Shown here piece by piece: positions 12,368-20,795 of a stretch of DNA of 64,000 nucleotides. The translations under genes and the position numbers were made by a program. Under the pieces are notes generated by a model. It made no database searches. It was not told where the DNA came from and saw nothing but the letters and a program-made list of their open reading frames with translations. Location: the NCBI GenBank assembly GCA_050295355.1, contig JBNKPL010000002.1, positions 1,353 to 65,352 of the forward strand. The letters are read 5' to 3'. The DNA is from Sedimenticolaceae bacterium (GTDB lineage: Bacteria > Pseudomonadota > Gammaproteobacteria > Chromatiales > Chromatiaceae). How positions within the stretch are numbered: position 1 is the stretch's first letter; each line of letters starts with the position of its first letter.

Positions 12368-12426
12368 TCAGGTGTCCCCGAGATTGTGATTTCCTAATCC
12401 TACCCGGGTGTGTCTCTGGATAAAAG

Positions 12427-12460
12427 AAAACCCCGGGACGGAGACCGCCCCGGGGTTTTT
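12427..12460. terminator. Bidirectional intrinsic terminator between acs and lemA
   Basis: aaaaCCCCGGG-11 nt-CCCGGGGttttt, a GC stem flanked by A and T runs on both sides. Confidence 0.6.
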
Positions 12461-12476
12461 GGTGCGCGACTAGGCC

Positions 12477-14423
12477 TTAGCGGTTTGCGCGGTTTTCGAT
12501 CAGGTGGTCCACCACGCTGGGGTCCGCCAGGGTGGAGGTATCGCCCAGGGCGTCGATCTCATTGGCGGCGATCTTGCGCAGGATGCGGCGCATGATCTTG
12601 CCGGAGCGGGTCTTGGGCAGCCCCGGCGCCCACTGGATGATGTTGACCTTGGCGATGGGGCCGATCTCCTTGCGCACCAGTTGCACCAGTTCATCCTTCA
12701 GTTCGTCCACATACTCCTCACCCATCATCAGGGTGACGTAGGCGTAGATGCCCTGGCCGGTGATCTCATGGGGATAACCCACCACCGCGGCCTCGGCGAC
12801 CTTGGGATGCAGCACCAGGGCGGATTCGATCTCGGCGGTGCCGAGGCGGTGGCCGGAGACGTTGAGCACGTCATCCACGCGCCCGGTGATCCAGTAGTAG
12901 CCGTCTTCGTCGCGGCGGGCGCCGTCGCCCGTGAAGTAGTAGCCGGGATACATCTGGAAGTAGGTCTCGAAGAAACGCTTATGGTCGCCGTAGACGCTGC
13001 GCATCTGGGACGGCCAGGGATGTTTGATCGCCAGGTTGCCCGAGGCGGGGTTGCCTTCGATCTCGTTGCCCTGGTCGTCCAACAGGACGGGCTGTACGCC
13101 GAAGAAAGGATGGGTGGCGGAGCCCGGCTTCAGCGGCGTGGCGCCGGGCAGCGGGGTCAGCATATGGGCGCCGGTCTCGGTCTGCCACCAGGTGTCCACG
13201 ATGGGACAGCGCTCATCGCCCACCACCCGGTAGTACCACTCCCACGCCTCGGGGTTGATGGGTTCACCCACGGTGCCGAGCAGGCGCAGGGAGTTGCGGC
13301 TGGTTTTCTTCACCTGCTCCTCGCCGGCGGCCATCAGGGCTCGTATCGCCGTAGGTGCGGTGTAGAACGAGGCCACGTTGTGTTTGTCGCACACCTGCCA
13401 GAAACGGCCCGCATCCGGGTAGGTGGGGATGCCTTCGAACATCAGGCTGATGGCGCCGTTGGTGAGCGGGCCGTAGACGATGTAGCTGTGGCCGGTGACC
13501 CAGCCGATGTCGGCGGTGCACCAGTAGACCTCGCCGTCCTTGTAGTCGAACACCGCCTTGTGGGTCATGGCCGCCTGCAGCAGATAGCCGCCGGTGGTGT
13601 GCAGCACCCCCTTGGGTTTGCCCGTGGAGCCGGAGGTGTAGAGGATGAACAGCGGATCTTCCGCATCCATCTGTTCCGGCTCGCATACGGGATCGGCGGC
13701 GGCCAGGGCCTCGTGGTACCAGACGTCACGGCCTTCGGTCCACGCCACCGGCTCGCCGCCGCGCTTCACCACGATGGAGGTGTGCACGTCGGGGCACATG
13801 TCCAGCGCCTTGTCGGCGTTAGCCTTCAGGGGCAGCGCCTTGCCGCCGCGGATGGACTGGTCGGCGGTGATCAGGCACTGGCAGTCGGAGTCGAGAATAC
13901 GGTCCTTGAGGGCGTCCGGCGAGAAGGCGCTGAAGACGATGGAGTGCACCGCGCCGATGCGGGTACAGGCGAGCATGGCCACCACCGCCTCGGGGATCAT
14001 GGGCATGTAGATGGAGACCCGGTCGCCTTTCTTGACGCCGCGCTCCTTGAGCACATTGGCGAAGCGGTTTACATCGGCGTGCAGTTCGCGGTAGGTGACC
14101 GCGCGGTCCTCTTCCGGATTGTCGCTCTCCCACAGGATGGCGGTCTGATCGCCGCGGCTGTCCAGATGGCGGTCCAGGCAGTTGTAGGAGACATTGAGCT
14201 TGCCGCCCTTGAACCATTCAATGTGCAGGTCGTCCTTGCCGAAGCTCCAGTCGAGCACCTTGTCCCAGGGCTTATCCCAGGAGAGAAACGCCTCCGCCTG
14301 CTCGGCCCAAAACCCTTCCGGGTCTTCCACGGAACGCTGGTACATTTCCTGATATTGAGCATCGGTGTAGTTGGCCTGGGCCGCAAAATCGGCGGGGACG
14401 TCGTATACCTTATCTTCGGACAT
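12477..14423 (-). CDS. acs: Acetyl-CoA synthetase
   Basis: AMP-binding motif [11 protein letters not shown] and a C-terminal SGKIMRR (regulatory Lys). ATG 14423 is preceded by AAGGAG at 7-nt spacing. The track start at 14438 is a TTG extension. Confidence 0.96.
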   Translation of the reverse strand: MSEDKVYDVPADFAAQANYTDAQYQEMYQRSVEDPEGFWAEQAEAFLSWDKPWDKVLDWSFGKDDLHIEWFKGGKLNVSYNCLDRHLDSRGDQTAILWESDNPEEDRAVTYRELHADVNRFANVLKERGVKKGDRVSIYMPMIPEAVVAMLACTRIGAVHSIVFSAFSPDALKDRILDSDCQCLITADQSIRGGKALPLKANADKALDMCPDVHTSIVVKRGGEPVAWTEGRDVWYHEALAAADPVCEPEQMDAEDPLFILYTSGSTGKPKGVLHTTGGYLLQAAMTHKAVFDYKDGEVYWCTADIGWVTGHSYIVYGPLTNGAISLMFEGIPTYPDAGRFWQVCDKHNVASFYTAPTAIRALMAAGEEQVKKTSRNSLRLLGTVGEPINPEAWEWYYRVVGDERCPIVDTWWQTETGAHMLTPLPGATPLKPGSATHPFFGVQPVLLDDQGNEIEGNPASGNLAIKHPWPSQMRSVYGDHKRFFETYFQMYPGYYFTGDGARRDEDGYYWITGRVDDVLNVSGHRLGTAEIESALVLHPKVAEAAVVGYPHEITGQGIYAYVTLMMGEEYVDELKDELVQLVRKEIGPIAKVNIIQWAPGLPKTRSGKIMRRILRKIAANEIDALGDTSTLADPSVVDHLIENRANR

Positions 14424-14523
14424 TGAATTCTCCTTCAACTCTTATCTAGTTCTGTTCAGAAGTTACAGGATTTGGCTCTGGGCTGTTCACAGGCCCTAGG
14501 GTACATCATTCTTAAAGCCAGTA

Positions 14524-15126
14524 TTACTCGGAAGTCCCGCTGCTGCGGGCCATCTGTGCCGGGGAGAGCCATAGCAGGGCGGACTCTTCCCCTTTATCGA
14601 GAATCTTTTTGGTGATCACATGACCACCCTCGGTGCGCCAGTGTACTACCTTGTTTGCGTCGGGCATGTCCCTGGCCGAGGCGGCTTCCGGCAGCGGGTA
14701 TCCCAACTGGTAGCGGAGATCCTTGCCCAGTTGGGCGTGGTAGTTGTGCCGGTAATTCACTTTCACCGCGGTAATGCCGGAGTCACGGAAAAACAGGGCG
14801 GCGGAATCGGCGGGCAGGTCGTTGAAGCTGCCGATCCTGCTGATGCAGTAGCGGTCGCCGAAGTCGGTTGCTTCATCCTTGCACTGCCAGGAAAACTCGG
14901 GGTAGAGCTGATGCAGTTCCGCCTCGTTAAAACGGCCGTCCAGTACCTTCAGATTGAGATAGAACGGCGCGTCTCCAAACACCCGCAGCAGAAACATGTC
15001 GCTACGGCGTTGCCCGTCCTCGGTAAACACCAGCCACCAGATGGGGCCGACCACGATGGTGACCAGCAGCAGCCGTTTATAGAATTTGGGCAACCTGATC
15101 TTGGCGTTCTTGTCGCGCGGTTTCAT
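14524..15126 (-). CDS. Membrane-anchored hypothetical protein (200 aa)
   Basis: ATG overlaps the exonuclease stop (ATGA). One N-terminal TM segment (LLLVTIVVGPIWWLVF) followed by a soluble domain. I recognise no family. Confidence 0.55.
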   Translation of the reverse strand: MKPRDKNAKIRLPKFYKRLLLVTIVVGPIWWLVFTEDGQRRSDMFLLRVFGDAPFYLNLKVLDGRFNEAELHQLYPEFSWQCKDEATDFGDRYCISRIGSFNDLPADSAALFFRDSGITAVKVNYRHNYHAQLGKDLRYQLGYPLPEAASARDMPDANKVVHWRTEGGHVITKKILDKGEESALLWLSPAQMARSSGTSE

Positions 15127-15824
15127 GCGTTAATGAAGTCTCCGATGGTGTAATTTCCGCTGGGTGTCGCTTCCGCGGCCATGGCCAGAAAAAGCTCCGC
15201 GGTGGCCAGGGCATCATACAGGGCGTTGTGGGCCTTGTATTGGGGCAGGCCGAAGTGCGGCCGCAGATTGAACAGGCGCAGGTTGCCCGGCTGGATGGTG
15301 TGGTTGCGAAGCTCCAACAGCCGCAGGGCCATGGGCAGGGTATCGATAATGGGAATGATGAACGGCAGCCCGTACAGGCGGCGGCAGGCCGCATCGATAA
15401 AGTTCTGCTCAATGTTTTTGTAATGGACCAGGATCACCTTGCCCGCCAGACGCAGCAGCAGCTTGGGCAGCAACTCCTCCAGCGGTTTGCCGGCGGCGGA
15501 ATCGTCGTCGGTGATGTGATGGATCACCGCAGAAGATTCCGGAACCTGGCCCTTGATCCGCACAATCTCATGCCAGGCGGTATTGAGGCGTATGGTGTTG
15601 TGTTGCAGGTGAACCAGGCCGAAGCTGAGGATGCTGTCTTTGTCGGGATCAAGCCCGGTGGTCTCCAGATCCAGCGCCACGATCTCCGCCTCCCGCCAGT
15701 CGTTTTTGTTGTCAACGAAGGGCACGGAAAGATAGTCGTGCATCACGCCGGGTGCGGCGCGGGAGAGGGCGCGCTTGCGTTGGGTCTCTTTGCTGAGGAA
15801 GCGTTTCCACATAACGTCATACAC
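15123..15824 (-). CDS. DEDDh 3'-5' exonuclease (DNA polymerase III epsilon-like)
   Basis: Exo I ALDLETTGL and Exo III HNALYDALATAELF. GTG 15824 directly follows the stop of the upstream gene. ATG 15812 is an alternative start. Confidence 0.8.
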   Translation of the reverse strand: MYDVMWKRFLSKETQRKRALSRAAPGVMHDYLSVPFVDNKNDWREAEIVALDLETTGLDPDKDSILSFGLVHLQHNTIRLNTAWHEIVRIKGQVPESSAVIHHITDDDSAAGKPLEELLPKLLLRLAGKVILVHYKNIEQNFIDAACRRLYGLPFIIPIIDTLPMALRLLELRNHTIQPGNLRLFNLRPHFGLPQYKAHNALYDALATAELFLAMAAEATPSGNYTIGDFINA

Positions 15825-17690
15825 CTAACGGAAACGCGCCAGCTGATAGCGGTGCTCCATGGTCTCTTGCATATCCTGGATCACCTTGAAGGCATCCTTC
15901 AGATGTTTCCGTTCCAGGGCCGACAGGTCGTCGGGGGCCAGATAGTTGTCGCTGGGTTCGCCGCGGCGGATCTGGTCCGCCTGGTGGCTGATGCGCAGGC
16001 TGGCGATAAACTCCAGGGCGTCCATCAGGTTTTCTCCCATCTCCTCGCTGAGGGCGCCGAGCTTGACCGCGATACGCAGGCGGTCGGTGGTGTTGGTGGC
16101 GTTGACCCCCTTGGAAAGGGTCAGCACCCGTGCGATGTCGGTGATGGGTACGATACCGCGGTGCTTGATATCCAGGGTGTCGTCGTGTTTGCCGTCGTGG
16201 ATGAGCACAAAGGTGCGGAAGAAACCGAGCGGCGGCCGATGGGTCAGGGCGTTGGACGCCATGTAGGCGATGAAGATACCGTTGTCGCGGGTTTTATTGA
16301 GTATCTCCAGCTGCAATCGTTTGAATATCTTCTGATCGCCGTATACCGGACGCAGGTCGAAGAAGATGCTGGCCAGCATCAGCGCCTTGGGCTCCGGCTT
16401 GGTGATCCAGTCGCTGAAGTACTGGCGCCACACCCGCAGGGGTTGCCGCCATTCAGGATTGCTGGCCATGGCGTTGCCGGGGCAGTAGACGAAGCCGCAG
16501 GCGTTGAGTCCGTCACAGACGCGATTGGCCAGGGCCTCGAAATAGGGTTCGTGTTCGGCGGACAGGTCATCGGAAAGAATCAGGGCGTTGTCCTGATCCG
16601 AGTGCGAGGTCTGCTCCCGGCGCGCCTGGGAGCCGCCGCAGACCCAGACGAAGGGGACCGGCTCCGGCCCCAGCTCCTGCTGCGCCATTTCAATCAGGCG
16701 CGTGGTCACCGCGTCGGTGATCAGGGAGACCGCCTCGCCGATGTGCAGGGCGGTGGCGCTGGAGTTGGCCAGCTGCAGTTGCAGCGCGGGCAGACGCGCG
16801 CAGATATCCACCAACTGTTGCAGCTCTTTAGCCTTGCGGACGTCGGTGACGATGAAGGCCGGGTTGCGGCTGTTGTGACGGGTGATGTCGGTGGCGGTAA
16901 GCATGCCGTACATCCGGTCACCCTTCATTACAGGCAGGTGATGCACATGCAGCCGGGTCATGGTCATCATCGCTTCCAGCGCCAGGGCATCGTACTGGAT
17001 GGTCTCCAGATTGCTGGTCATGATGGTGTGGGCCGGATGCTCCACGTCCAGTCCCTCGGCCACGCAGCGTTTGCGCAGGTCACTGTCGGTAATGATGCCG
17101 GCCAGTTTCCCAGACTCCATCAGCATTACCGAGGATACGTTCTGTTCGGTCATGAGCTGAGCCGCTTCCCGGATGCTGCAATCCGCTTCCAGGGCCACTG
17201 CGGCTTTTTTTACCAGATCGGATATCTTGACTGACATGTGAGTCATGCCGTCCGCGGGCTCTTTGACATTGCCGGAGGCCGCCCGCCGCAGCCGTTCGCG
17301 GATGGAATTCTTGAAATGGAGGTCGAACTCCTCCGACTCCTGGCACAGGCCTTTCAGGTCGGCGCAGGAGAGTAGATAGAGCAGGGTGTCTTCCACCGCC
17401 AGGTTGTGGCTGGTGAGGTCGAAATCCACCAGTTGGCAGGGAGAGGTGTAGTAGTCCCCTTCCGCCAGCTTGCCGTGCAGCTTCCCTTTTTCGTCCCGAA
17501 GCTCAATGGCGCCGCTGCGCACGATATAGAGATACTCGCCATCGGCGTCGGCCGGGGGAAATGCGCTGCCGCGCCGCAGATAACGGATCTGCAGCGTCTC
17601 TGGGAGCTGGTTCAAGCGCTCTTCCGGCAAGGCATCGAATGGATGCCGGAGCGCCAGAAAGTCCCGGATTTCGACTAGTTCGATTTCCAT
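15825..17690 (-). CDS. cNMP-binding / CBS-pair / DUF294 (GlnD-like) nucleotidyltransferase signalling protein
   Basis: From MEIELVEIRDFL: a cyclic-nucleotide-binding-like N-terminus, two CBS motifs, and the NTase motif CGGSQARREQTSHSDQDNALIL followed by a DUF294_C-like helical region. The 62-codon upstream extension in the ORF track was rejected. Confidence 0.8.
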   Translation of the reverse strand: MEIELVEIRDFLALRHPFDALPEERLNQLPETLQIRYLRRGSAFPPADADGEYLYIVRSGAIELRDEKGKLHGKLAEGDYYTSPCQLVDFDLTSHNLAVEDTLLYLLSCADLKGLCQESEEFDLHFKNSIRERLRRAASGNVKEPADGMTHMSVKISDLVKKAAVALEADCSIREAAQLMTEQNVSSVMLMESGKLAGIITDSDLRKRCVAEGLDVEHPAHTIMTSNLETIQYDALALEAMMTMTRLHVHHLPVMKGDRMYGMLTATDITRHNSRNPAFIVTDVRKAKELQQLVDICARLPALQLQLANSSATALHIGEAVSLITDAVTTRLIEMAQQELGPEPVPFVWVCGGSQARREQTSHSDQDNALILSDDLSAEHEPYFEALANRVCDGLNACGFVYCPGNAMASNPEWRQPLRVWRQYFSDWITKPEPKALMLASIFFDLRPVYGDQKIFKRLQLEILNKTRDNGIFIAYMASNALTHRPPLGFFRTFVLIHDGKHDDTLDIKHRGIVPITDIARVLTLSKGVNATNTTDRLRIAVKLGALSEEMGENLMDALEFIASLRISHQADQIRRGEPSDNYLAPDDLSALERKHLKDAFKVIQDMQETMEHRYQLARFR

Positions 17691-17771
17691 GGGAAAAGTA
17701 TAGCTACCTTCTTTAATCGCCTGCCAATCCTGTGTACAGGGCGCATTTGGCCGCTGTAGCGCAAGGTATTT

Positions 17772-17841
17772 GGAGGCCAGGCAAGACAGGTTCCGGTTCT
17801 GTGTTTCCACTCCGGAACGGCGGTTGTCTTCCCTGGCCTCC
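17772..17841 (-). other. 70-nt extended hairpin in the actP to DUF294 spacer
   Basis: On the minus strand GGAGGCCAGGGAAGACA pairs with TGTCTTGCCTGGCCTCC (17 bp, 1 mismatch). There is an inner 7-bp stem GTTCCGG/CCGGAAC. Confidence 0.5.
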
Positions 17842-17845
17842 AGCG

Positions 17846-17874
17846 AAAAAAAAGTCCCGCCTGGGCGGCGGGAC
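17846..17874 (-). terminator. Intrinsic terminator of yjcH-actP
   Basis: Minus strand GTCCCGCC-GCCCA-GGCGGGAC followed by TTTTTTTT, 24 nt after the actP stop. Confidence 0.85.
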
Positions 17875-17897
17875 AAAGAATACCTTCAGCTAGTTCA

Positions 17898-19682
17898 TCA
17901 GTGATCGGTTGCGGCGCCCGCGCCCTTGGGAACGCGGATGTCCTCAACCAGATGCTGAATATGCTCAGGCGGCTCTTCCGTCATGCGCGATACGGCAAAT
18001 GCGACGACGAAATTGACCAGTGCGCCTACAGCGCCGAAGGCATTCGGGGAGATGCCGAAGAACCAGTCTTTAGACATGCTGCCCAGGAACTCGGTCCCTG
18101 GAATAAACATGATGCCCTTGTGCTGGAACACATACAGCAGGGTGACGCCGAGGCCGGAAACCATGCCCCAGATCGCGGCCTGATTGTTGATCCTCTTGGA
18201 GAAGATCCCCATCATCAGTGCCGGGAAGATGGAGGAGGCGGCCAGACCGAAGGCGATAGCTACCGTACCCGCGGCGAACCCGGGCGGATGCAGACCGAGG
18301 TATCCCGCCACGCCAATGGCGCCGCCCATGGCGATACGGCTGTACATCAGTTCCTGTTTCTCCGTGATCTGCGGTGCGAAGGTGCCCTTCAGCAGGTCGT
18401 GGGAGATGGAGGAGGCGATGGCCAGCAGCAGGCCGGCGGCGGTGGAGAGCGCGGCGGCCAGACCACCGGCGGCCACCAGGGCGATCACCCAGTTAGGCAG
18501 CCCGGCGATTTCCGGGTTGGCCAGCACCATGATGTCGCGGTCCACCTTGACCATCTCGTTGCCTTTCCAGCCGAACGACTCCGCCTTGGCGGCGAACGCT
18601 TCGTTCTTGTCGTCGTAGTACTGGATGCGGCCGTCGCCGTTCTTGTCTTCGTACTGCAGCAGACCGGTCTTTTCCCAGTTCTTGAACCACTGCGGACGCT
18701 CTTCATACACCAGGTTGGCGGTGGGGTCGCCCACGGGGCCGGTCTGGATGGTGTTCATCAGGTTCAGACGAGCCATGGAGCCCACGGCCGGGGCCACGGT
18801 GTAGAGCAGGGCGATGAAGACCAGCGCCCAGCCCGCGGAGGAGCGGGCATCCTTCACCTTGGGAACGGTGAAGAAGCGGATGATCACGTGGGGCAGGCCC
18901 GCGGTGCCGATCATCAGGGTCAGGGTGTAGGCGAACATGTTCAGGGTATTACCCATCTTCGCCGTGGTGTACTCCTTGAATCCCAACTCCGTCACCACCA
19001 GGTCCAGCTTGTCCATCAGGGACATACCGCTGCCGTCGGCCATGTCGCCGATCAGGCCCAACTGCGGGATGGGGTTGCCAGTCAGGTGCAGGGAGATGAA
19101 TACGGCGGGTACGGTGTAGGCCAGGATCAGTACGCAGTACTGGGCGATCTGGGTGTAGGTGATACCCTTCATGCCGCCCAACACGGCGTAGATGAACACG
19201 ATACCCATACCCGTGAACAGGCCATGGGCGTAATCCACTTCCAGGAAGCGGGAGAAGGCCACGCCGATCCCCTTCATCTGGCCGATTACATAGGTAATGG
19301 AGGCCACGATGAGGCAGACCACCGCCACGATGCGCGCGGCCTGGGAGTAGTAGCGTTCACCGATAAATTCCGGCACCGTGAATTTGCCGAATTTGCGCAG
19401 GTAGGGCGCCAGCAGCATGGCCAGCAGCACATAACCGCCGGTCCAGCCCATCAGGAACACCGAACCACCGTAGCCGGTGAAGGCGATCAGACCGGCCATG
19501 GAGATAAAAGAGGCGGCCGACATCCAGTCGGCCCCCGTCGCCATCCCGTTTGCTATGGGATGTACCCCTTTGCCAGCCACGTAAAATTCCCCGGTGCTGG
19601 AAGCCCGGGACCAGATGGCGATACCGATGTACAGGGCAAAGGTAGAGCCAACCACAAGATAAGTCAGAGTTTGCAGATCCAT
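17898..19682 (-). CDS. actP: Cation/acetate symporter ActP (SSS family)
   Basis: 594-aa polytopic SSS-type sequence, preceded by a DUF485 gene and located in an acs locus. Confidence 0.88.
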   Translation of the reverse strand: MDLQTLTYLVVGSTFALYIGIAIWSRASSTGEFYVAGKGVHPIANGMATGADWMSAASFISMAGLIAFTGYGGSVFLMGWTGGYVLLAMLLAPYLRKFGKFTVPEFIGERYYSQAARIVAVVCLIVASITYVIGQMKGIGVAFSRFLEVDYAHGLFTGMGIVFIYAVLGGMKGITYTQIAQYCVLILAYTVPAVFISLHLTGNPIPQLGLIGDMADGSGMSLMDKLDLVVTELGFKEYTTAKMGNTLNMFAYTLTLMIGTAGLPHVIIRFFTVPKVKDARSSAGWALVFIALLYTVAPAVGSMARLNLMNTIQTGPVGDPTANLVYEERPQWFKNWEKTGLLQYEDKNGDGRIQYYDDKNEAFAAKAESFGWKGNEMVKVDRDIMVLANPEIAGLPNWVIALVAAGGLAAALSTAAGLLLAIASSISHDLLKGTFAPQITEKQELMYSRIAMGGAIGVAGYLGLHPPGFAAGTVAIAFGLAASSIFPALMMGIFSKRINNQAAIWGMVSGLGVTLLYVFQHKGIMFIPGTEFLGSMSKDWFFGISPNAFGAVGALVNFVVAFAVSRMTEEPPEHIQHLVEDIRVPKGAGAATDH

Positions 19683-19695
19683 GAATCAGGTCTCC

Positions 19696-19950
19696 TCAGT
19701 CTTCGTGTACGTCGAATTCCCGATCCAGCTTGTTCATGCGCTTGGCATAAACGTAGATCAGAATCAGAAAGGCGTAGATAGAACCCTGTTGGGCGAACCA
19801 GAAGCCGAGACCGGTACCACCGATCTTGATGGCGTTCAGCGGTTCCACCAGCAGGATTCCGAACAGGTAGGAGACGACAAACCAGATGACCAGAAGTATG
19901 GTCACCAGGCGAACGTTTGCCTTCCAGTACTCTTGAGCGTTATTACTCAT
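19696..19950 (-). CDS. yjcH: DUF485 inner-membrane protein (YjcH-like)
   Basis: 84 aa with two TM segments, immediately upstream of actP as in E. coli yjcH-actP. Confidence 0.8.
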   Translation of the reverse strand: MSNNAQEYWKANVRLVTILLVIWFVVSYLFGILLVEPLNAIKIGGTGLGFWFAQQGSIYAFLILIYVYAKRMNKLDREFDVHED

Positions 19951-20089
19951 ATCAAATCACTCCCGTGCATTGTATGAATCGTTATTGAAACCGAAGGCGA
20001 AAATCCCTGTATCCCCTCCGCGGATTGCTTCTTCAGATTGTGTTATCGATTTTGTACGTATCGGCGCGGGCAGATACATCCAATGCTGA

Positions 20090-20118
20090 TTGTTACGTCG
20101 CATTCGGAGAAATGTCAA
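20090..20118 (-). promoter_or_regulatory. Candidate sigma-70 promoter for yjcH-actP
   Basis: Minus strand: perfect TTGACA, a 17-nt spacer, then TAACAA (or an 18-nt spacer then AACAAT). An AT-rich tract lies upstream. The 5' UTR would be about 130 nt. Confidence 0.3.
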
Positions 20119-20179
20119 TCAAAAACAAAGACTTATAGTATTTTCAAAAAGCATTGAAAACACCAGAAACGATCCCTTG

Positions 20180-20208
20180 GGTAACAGGAAACAGGCCGAA
20201 GTGTTACC
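20180..20208. promoter_or_regulatory. Inverted repeat GGTAACA-N15-TGTTACC upstream of yjcH-actP
   Basis: Exact 7-bp arms read from the sequence. It lies between the regulator operon and the acetate permease operon. An extra TGTTAC is at 20091-20096. Confidence 0.4.
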
Positions 20209-20332
20209 TAACTACACAGCCGCGTTTCTGGAGGTAAACAGCCACTTTTTTTCAATTTTTTTACGGCGGGGGCGGCGGCGGGCCGATTTTGGGGTGAATC
20301 GGGGTAGTGCTCGGAGTTCGAAGGGGCGCAAC

Positions 20333-20791
20333 CTATTTTCGGGGCTTGGGATGCTTCCGTCCCTCATAGGCGGCGATCTGCTTGATGATCTCCTGGAAGG
20401 GAAGGGCGTCGAGGGTGTCGAACGTCAGCTCCGCCTCGCGCACCAGGCCGTCGATATCTTCGATGGTGGCGGGGGGACGCTCCTCGGAGTGGAGGACGCA
20501 ATAGAGTCCCCGTAGTCCGCCCACCTGGATACGCATCTTCTGGTTGTGGGTGAGCGGAATCGATTCATCGCCGATCTTGAGGGCGAACCGGGAGTGGAGA
20601 CGCAGTTCCTGGGTGAGTTTTCGGCAACGGATGTGGGAATCGTCCGCCGCGCAGTGGACCCCGATCCGCTCCGCCAGGAAAAAGCGGGTGGCGAGCCGGC
20701 ACATGGCCTGTGCGCCCAGCACCGGCTTTTCGAATACGCAGGGGCGTTCGTCCATTTCCCGGTATGTTGTGCGCAGGGTGTCGTGGTCCAT
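20333..20791 (-). CDS. Hypothetical 152-aa protein with 5 Cys, probably co-transcribed with the response regulator
   Basis: ATG lies 4 nt after the regulator stop. Codon usage is typical for the window. I recognise no family. Confidence 0.55.
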   Translation of the reverse strand: MDHDTLRTTYREMDERPCVFEKPVLGAQAMCRLATRFFLAERIGVHCAADDSHIRCRKLTQELRLHSRFALKIGDESIPLTHNQKMRIQVGGLRGLYCVLHSEERPPATIEDIDGLVREAELTFDTLDALPFQEIIKQIAAYEGRKHPKPRK

Positions 20792-20795
20792 AGCG

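Noticed and set aside
20151-20165. Possible sigma-54 promoter TGGTGT-N5-ATGC (minus strand) upstream of yjcH-actP. A weaker one, TGGCTA-N5-CAGC, is at 25316-25334 upstream of the kinase operon.
   Set aside because: Only the GG and GC dinucleotides and their spacing fit, and the flanking positions are poor. The putative UAS would be centred only about 50 nt upstream. The adjacent AAA+ regulator lacks GAFTGA. I kept these as alternatives to test, not as calls.
20180-20208. Reading GGTAACA-N15-TGTTACC as a bona fide CbrB site.
   Set aside because: The recalled CbrB consensus is TGTTAC-N14-GTAACA, which has the opposite half-site order and a different spacing. The regulator here is also not a CbrB orthologue. 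Only the shared hexamer is noted.
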